From contig CAVXAL010000003.1 of the NCBI GenBank assembly GCA_963759765.1, forward strand, positions 871,804 through 935,803: a stretch of 64,000 nt of DNA, given 5' to 3'. Positions 58,457-64,000 of this stretch are shown piece by piece. This stretch comes from Candidatus Aminicenantes bacterium. Lineage in GTDB: Bacteria > Acidobacteriota > Aminicenantia > UBA2199. Position 1 is the first letter of the stretch. The number at the start of each line of letters is the position of its first letter. The notes beneath the pieces were generated by a model. That model did no database searches. It was not told the DNA's origin and saw nothing but the letters and a program-made list of their open reading frames with translations. The position numbers and the translations under genes were made by a program.

Positions 58457-59041
58457 ATGAGTGGCGACACCATCACTGCCCGCAACCGTTCAGCCCTGGC
58501 CGATCAGGCCCTGAAGCGCACCGCCGTCAGCGTCATTCGTTGTTACCAGTGCGGCAAGTGTTCGGCGGGCTGCCCGCTGGCCGCAGACATGGATTATCCC
58601 CCCAGCCTGATCATGCGCATGCTGCAAACCGGGGCTGCCGATCTGGAAGAGAAGGTGCTGCGTTCCTATACCATCTGGCTTTGCCTCTCCTGCGAAATCT
58701 GTTTCGCCCGTTGCCCGATGGAAATTGACATCCCCAAGCTGATGGATTTTTTGCGCGGCGAGTCGTTGCGCCGGAAGATGGTCTCTCCCAAAGCCAAAGA
58801 GATTCTCGCTTTCCACCGCTCGTTTCTCGATACCGCTGCGCTCCACCGGCCGGCTCTATCGAAGTGGGGCTGATCGCCGACTACAAGCTTCGTTGCTGGC
58901 ATTTCCTCCAGGACCTGCTGCTGGCGCCCTGGATGCTGGCCAAGGGCAAGCTGCATCTGTTTCCGGAACGGGTCCGCAACCGTCGGCAGATGCGCCAGAT
59001 TTTCCGACGCAGCCGCACCCCCCGCCAGGAGAGGCCCATGA
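58457..59041 (+). CDS. hdrC: heterodisulfide reductase subunit C-like (2x[4Fe-4S]); frame breaks, 3' end inferred
   Basis: It has two ferredoxin motifs, CYQCGKCSAGCP and CLSCEICFARCP. It continues in another frame (GLIADYKLRCWHFLQDLLLAPWMLAKGKLHLFP). The stop is assumed at the ATGA overlap with hdrB. Confidence 0.7.
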
Positions 59042-59936
59042 GCATCGGCTTGTACCCGGGTTGTTCGCTGAAGGGGTCGTCCCGCGAATACCGGGAATCG
59101 CTGCTGGCAGTGGCGCGGGCCCTGGATATGGAATTGCCGGAAGTTCCCGACTGGAACTGCTGCGGCGCCACTGCGGCCCACAACCTCAACCGCGACCTGG
59201 CCCTGGCCCTGCCGGCCCGCATCCTGGCTGCTGGCCGAGAAGCAGGGGCATGGACGAGGTGCTGGTGCCCTGTGCCGCCTGTTACAGCCGTCTGATGCGT
59301 CACCCGCCACGAACTGCTTGAGGACAGCGCCCTGCGCGCGTGCATTTCCGATCTCATCGAGCTGGAGTACCGGGGCACCACCCAGGTGTTGAATATCATC
59401 CAATTCCTGGATAAATACGTCATGGATAAAATCGCGGAACGGATCGTCAAGCCCCTGCAGAAACGGCTGGCCTGCTATTACGGCTGTCTGCTGGTGCGGC
59501 CGCCCAAGGTATCGGATTTCGACCGGCCCGAAGATCCCCAGTCCATGGACAACCTGGTGCGGCGCATCGGCGCCACGCCGGTGGAATGGGCCTTCAAGAC
59601 CGAGTGCTGCGGCGCCGGTTTTTCCGTGTCGCGCACCGACCTGGTGGCCAAGCTGTCCGGCCAGATTCTCGACGATGCCGAAAGCCCGCGGCGCCGAGGC
59701 CGTGGTGGTGGCCTGCCCCATGTGCCACTCCAACCTGGACATGCGCCGGCCAGAGCATCGAAAACGCCAGGCCAAGAGGAAATACGACCATGCCGGTCAT
59801 TTACATCACCCAGGCCATCGGGCCTGGCGCTGGGCCTCTCTGCCAAAAAACTGGGGCTGCACCGCCACATGGTGTCCCGTCAAATGGCAGAGCGCTGCGG
59901 CCCGCCGAAGCGGGCCGGCCGCCGAACAGGGAGTAG
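59038..59936 (+). CDS. hdrB: heterodisulfide reductase subunit B-like (two CCG domains); frame breaks
   Basis: The sequence MSIGLYPGCSLKGSSREY...DWNCCGATAAH...VPCAACY contains the first CCG motif. LACYYGCLLVRPP...KTECCGAGFS...ACPMCH contains the second. Confidence 0.75.
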
Positions 59937-59940
59937 TGCC

Positions 59941-61971
59941 ATGGCGCGCATCGGCGTATTCATCTGTCACTGCGGCGAAAACATCGGCGCCACCGTTGAT
60001 GCGTCAAGGTCGCCGCGGCCAGCGCGTCGCATGCCGGGCGTGGTCCACAGCGTCGACTACAAGTACATGTGCTCCGACCCCGGCCAGAAGATGATCAAGA
60101 ACGCCATCGGCGAGAAGCACTTGACCGGCGTGGTGGTGGCCGCCTGCTCGCCGCGCATGCACGAGCCCACCTTCCGCCGCGCCTGCGCCGAGGCGGGCTT
60201 GAACCCGTATCCTCTGCGAGATGGCCAACATCCGCGAGCACTGCTCCTGGGTGCACGAAAAATCGACGCCGACCACCCAGAAGGCCATGGACCTGGTGCG
60301 CATGCTGGTGGCCAAGGTGAAACGCAACAAGCCCCTGCTTGCCCATCAAGGTGCCGGTGACCAAGACGGCGCTGGTGCTGGGCGGCGGCATTGCCGGCAT
60401 CCAGGCCAGCCTGGACATCGCCAACGCCGGCCACAAGGTGATCCTGGTGGAACGGACGCCATCGATCGGCGGCCACATGTCGCAGCTGTCCGAGACATTC
60501 CCCACTCTCGACTGCTCGCAGTGCATCCTGACGCCGCGCATGGTCGAAGTGGCCCAGCACCCCAACATCACCCTCTACTCCTACGCCGAGCTGGAGAGCC
60601 TGGACGGTTTCATCGGCAACTTCAAGGCGCAGATCCGCAAGAAGGCGCGCAGCCTGGACGAAAAGCTCTGCACCGGCTGCGGCCTGTGCATCCAGAAATG
60701 CCCGGTGCGCAAGATTCCCAGCGAGTTCGATGCCGGCCTGGGCATGCGCACCGGCCATCTACGTGCCCTTCCCGCAGGCGGTGCCCAACAAGCCGGTCAT
60801 CGACCGCGAGCACTGCACCTATTACCTGAAGGGCAAGTGCCGCCTCTGCGAGAAGATCTGCCCGACCAAGGCCATCCGCTTCGACCAGGAAGACGAGATC
60901 GTCGAAGCCGACGTCGGCGCCGATCGTTCTGGCCACCGGTTTCGACGTGCAAGCACGGCGATTTCTTTCCCGAATACGGTTACGGCAAATACCCGGACGT
61001 GATCACGGGCTGCAGTTCGAGCGCCTGGCTTCGGCATCCGGGCCCACCCTGGGCGAGATCCGCCGGCCCTCCGACGGCAAGGTGCCGCGAAACGGTGGTC
61101 TTCATCGCCTGCGCCGGTTCGCGCGACCCGGCCAAGGGCATCGAGTACTGCTCCAAGATCTGCTGCATGTACACGGCCAAGCACGCCATGCTCTACAAGC
61201 ACAAGGTGCACCAGGGCACAGCCCTACGTCTTCTACATGGACATCCGCGCCGGCGGCAAGATGTACGAGGAGTTCGTGCGCCGGGCCATCGAGGAGGACG
61301 GCGTGCAGCTACATGCGCGGCCGCGTCTCGCGCATCTACGACGCGAACGGCAAGCTGGTCGTCAAGGGCGCCGACACCCTGCTCGGCGGCCAGCCCCTGG
61401 AGATCGAAGCCGACCTGGTCGTGCTGGCCAGCGGCCGGCGTGGCCAACAGCGGCGCCGAGGAACTGGCCCAGAAGCTGCATGTCAGCTATGACGCCCACA
61501 CGTTTTTCGCCGAAGCCCATCCCAAGCTCCGGCCGGTGGAAACCAACACGGCCGGCATCTTCCTGGCCGGAGCCTGCCAGGCGCCCAAGGACATCCCCGA
61601 AGCGGTGGCCCAGGCGTCCGGCGCCGCGGCGAAGGTGGCGGCGCTTTTCTCGCAGGACGAGCTGACCCGCGAGCCGCTGATCGCCGTGGTCAACCGCCAG
61701 GCGCCGCCGCTCTATTCGACCTGCGTGGGCTGTTTCCTCTGCCAGAGCGTCTGCCCCTACCAGGCCATCGAGCAGGAGGAGATCCGCGGCCGCGACGGGC
61801 AAGCTGATCAAGAACGTGGCCAAAGTCAACCCCGGGCTCTGCCAGGGCTGCGGCACCTGCGTCGCCTTCTGCCGCACCAAGGCCATCGACATGCAGGGGT
61901 ATAGCAACGAACAGATTTATGCCGAAGTGCTGGCCCTGCTCCACAGGAGAGACGAGAATGCCGGAATTTGA
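59941..61971 (+). CDS. hdrA: heterodisulfide reductase subunit A-like flavoprotein (many frame breaks)
   Basis: The N-terminus is MARIGVFICHCGENIGATVD. The FAD fold shows ALVLGGGIAGIQASLDIANAGHKVILVE. The Fe-S motifs are CTGCGLCIQKCP, CRLCEKICP, CVGCFLCQSVCP and CQGCGTCVAFC. It is spread over all three frames. Confidence 0.8.
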
Positions 61972-62393
61972 ACCCCAAGATCGTGGCCTTCGTCTGCAAC
62001 TGGTGCACCTATGCCGGCGCCGATTTGACCGGCACCAGCCGCATCAAGTACGCGCCCCAGGTGCGCATCATCCGCTTCCCCTGCACCGGCCGCATCGATT
62101 TCATGCTGCTGCTCAAGGCCTTTGCCCAGGGCGCCGACGGCATCATCGTCTCCGGCTGCCACCCCAACGACTGCCATTACACCTCGGGCAATTTCCACGC
62201 CCGGCGGCGCTGGATCGTGTTTCGCAGCCTGCTTGATTTCTTGGGCATCGACACCCGGCGGGTGCGCTTTTCCTGGGTGTCGGCCGCCGAGGGCGCCAAA
62301 TGGGCCGACGTGGTCAATTCCACCGTGGCCGCCGTGCGCCAGCTCGGCCCCTTCAGCGACTACCAGAAGCTGGCCCAGGCGGGAATCGCCTGA
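61958..62393 (+). CDS. mvhD: MvhD-like (methyl-viologen-reducing hydrogenase delta subunit family) protein
   Basis: The sequence KIVAFVCNWCTYAGADLTGTSRIKYAPQVRIIRFPCTGRIDFMLLLKAFAQGADGIIVSGCHPNDCHYTSGN matches MvhD. Either it starts at ATG 61958 with an indel in the C4 run at 61973-61976, or it starts at TTG 61968. Confidence 0.85.
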
Positions 62394-63218
62394 TGGAGAG
62401 CGCCGTGGAAGAGTTGCAGGAACAAGGCGCGGCGAGCTGCTCGAAAGCCGCCGCGTGGCAGTGGTCATCGGCTACGCCAACGGCAGCGGCCGCCAGGTGC
62501 GGGCCGTTTTCATCCGGGATCCGGCCGCAACGGGCAAGCTGATTTTTGACGAGCGCTGCCAGCAGAACCTGGCCGTCTACCTGCTGAAACCGGAAATCAG
62601 GAAACTCGGGAAACCGGCGCTGGTGGCCACCCTGCCGGTGCTGCGCAGCGTGCTGCAGCTGATCGCAGGAAAACCAGCTCGCCGAAGAAGATCTGGAGCT
62701 GCTGGGTATCGATGGTAACGGCCAACTGCTGGAATGGCCCGATTTCCAGGCCGTGGAAACCTATCGTCGCTTCACAGGATCTAAACTTGGCGGAAGCGGA
62801 TCGCCAGGCAGTGGAGAAACTTGAGAAAATGAGCCTGGCAGAGCGCCGGCGCTTCTGGCAGGAAGAGCTGTCCCGCTGCTTCAAGTGCTACGCCTGCCGC
62901 GCCGCCTGCCCGCTCTGTTATTGCGGCCGCTGCACGGTTGAATGCAACCAGCCGCAGTGGATCCGCGTGCCGGCCCATGACCTGGGTAACCTGGAGTGGC
63001 ACATGTATGCGGGCCATGCACCTGGCCGGCCGCTGCGTCGGTTGCGGCGAGTGCGGCCGCGCCTGCCCCGTCGGGCATCCCCATCCACCTGCTGACCTAG
63101 AAGATGGCGGAGGAAGTGTTTCGGCGTTTCGGCTCTGCGCAGCGGCACGGCCGCGCAAGCAGGCGACAACGCCCTGTCCACGTTCAAACCCAACGACACG
63201 GACGATTTCATCGGCTAG
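62393..63218 (+). CDS. Fe-S protein with two cysteine clusters (frame breaks)
   Basis: The start overlaps the mvhD stop (TGATG). The fragments include VAVVIGYANGSGRQVRAVFIRDP, CFKCYACRAACPLCYCGRC and RCVGCGECGRACP. The C-terminus is NDTDDFIG. The family is uncertain, possibly FrhB/FdhB- or Flx-like. Confidence 0.55.
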
Positions 63219-63234
63219 ACCATGAACGAGCGAC

Positions 63235-64000
63235 GTGTATCTCAAGGCAGAATCCCTCGGCGCCTGGGTCAGGATGCTGCAGCAGTCCGGCCGGCAGATC
63301 TACGCCCCAAAAAAACGGGACCAGCAGGTCGATTTCGTCCGGCTGGAGCCGGGCGAGGTGCTGACCGACCTGGTCGACGATGTCGTCCAGACCGTGCAGT
63401 CGCCCAAGTTCGCGCTTTTTCCCCGCGTGGAGGAATTGTTCCGTTTCGGCACCGGCAAACCGGGCCGCCTGCGGGAGCGGCAATGGAACGACCTGCCCGA
63501 GACGGTGCTGCTGGGCGTGCGTCCCTGCGACGCCGCCGCCTTTTCCGCGTTGGAAGCGATTTTCATGTGGGACACGACGGACGCACCTTTCAGGCCCAAA
63601 AGGAAGGATAAGCTTTTCGTGGTCGGGCTCAGCTGCCGCCAGGCCGACGAATACTGTTTCTGCACCTCGCTGGGCGGCGGTCCGGGCGACAGCCGCGGCA
63701 GCGACATCCTGCTGACCCGGATGGACAACGGCGATTTCCTGGTCGAGGTCGTCAGCGGCAGGGGAAAATCTCTTGTCCAACTTGCGGAAGACCTGTTTGC
63801 ACCGGCAGCGGCGGTGGATAAGGAAAGCTGCTGGCCAAGGTGGAGAAAGTCTTTGACAGCCGGCAGCTGGAAAAAACGCTGACCGGCCTGTTCGCCAAAG
63901 AAAAACTGTGGGAGGAGCAGTCGCTGCGCTGCATCGGCTGCGGCGCCTGCGCTTACGTCTGCCCGACCTGCGCCTGCTTCGACATCCAGGACGAGGGCTG
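63235..64000 (+). CDS. AsrA / sulfhydrogenase-beta-like 4Fe-4S protein (partial, runs off the window; a frame break near ~63830)
   Basis: The N-terminal domain reads LLGVRPCDAAAFSALEAIF...FVVGLSCRQADEYCFCTSLG. After a shift comes LWEEQSLRCIGCGACAYVCPTCACFDIQDEG. Confidence 0.6.

Noticed and set aside
58864-60360. In-frame read-through ORFs suggest HdrC-HdrB (58864..59295) and HdrB-HdrA (59386..60360) fusion proteins.
   Set aside because: SD-like sequences and ATGA/TAG-type junctions appear at 59038 and 59934-59941 in neighbouring frames. The region is dense with indels, so the read-through is most likely an artefact of frame errors.

Overview
This is a 64-kb chromosomal segment from a high-GC bacterium, roughly 60-65% GC by eye. 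The organism looks diderm, because an outer-membrane porin ends in ...YYQF. It is probably anaerobic, because the window carries Hdr/MvhD genes and several radical-SAM genes. There is no rRNA, and I cannot assign a taxon from sequence alone.

Layout of the window:
- 1-20.6 kb is a core information-processing block: nusA-infB, hup, tRNA-Val, thrS-infC-rpmI-rplT-pheS-pheT, zapB/zapA-rny-ymdB, xseA-xseB-ispA-dxs, and a small unknown gene followed by polA.
- 21.5-24.3 kb is a sharply low-GC islet. It carries an SPPY-type DNA methyltransferase, an overlapping putative restriction endonuclease, and a convergent AbiGi-like gene.
- 24.3-35.7 kb holds metabolic and miscellaneous genes: glycerate kinase, dcd, an unknown gene coupled to dcd, a CDF transporter, a CheY-like response regulator, DUF72, a GATase, an M3-like and an S46 peptidase, and mutY.
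- 35.7-44.2 kb is a complete phosphate regulon block: phoB-phoR, porin, pstS-C-A-B-B and phoU.
- 44.4-48.3 kb is a kamA + 2x ATP-grasp + GNAT cluster.
- After that come PhzF, YgiQ, a lipoprotein, and a fused membrane/spermidine-synthase-like protein.
- 54.1-58.3 kb is a lower-GC patch with two TPR proteins and two unknown ORFs.
- 58.4 kb to the end is an hdrC-hdrB-hdrA-mvhD-FeS-asrA-like redox cluster.

Many essential genes in 1-20 kb and the whole hdr cluster are broken by frameshifts. I read these as consensus indel errors rather than real pseudogenes, so many CDS coordinates are approximate.

I saw no CRISPR array, integrase or transposase. The candidates most worth follow-up are the low-GC defence islet (especially the solitary AbiGi-like gene), the kamA/ATP-grasp/GNAT cluster, the unknown gene translationally coupled to dcd, and the 54-58 kb accessory patch. 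All family assignments come from reading motifs by eye. No database search was possible.
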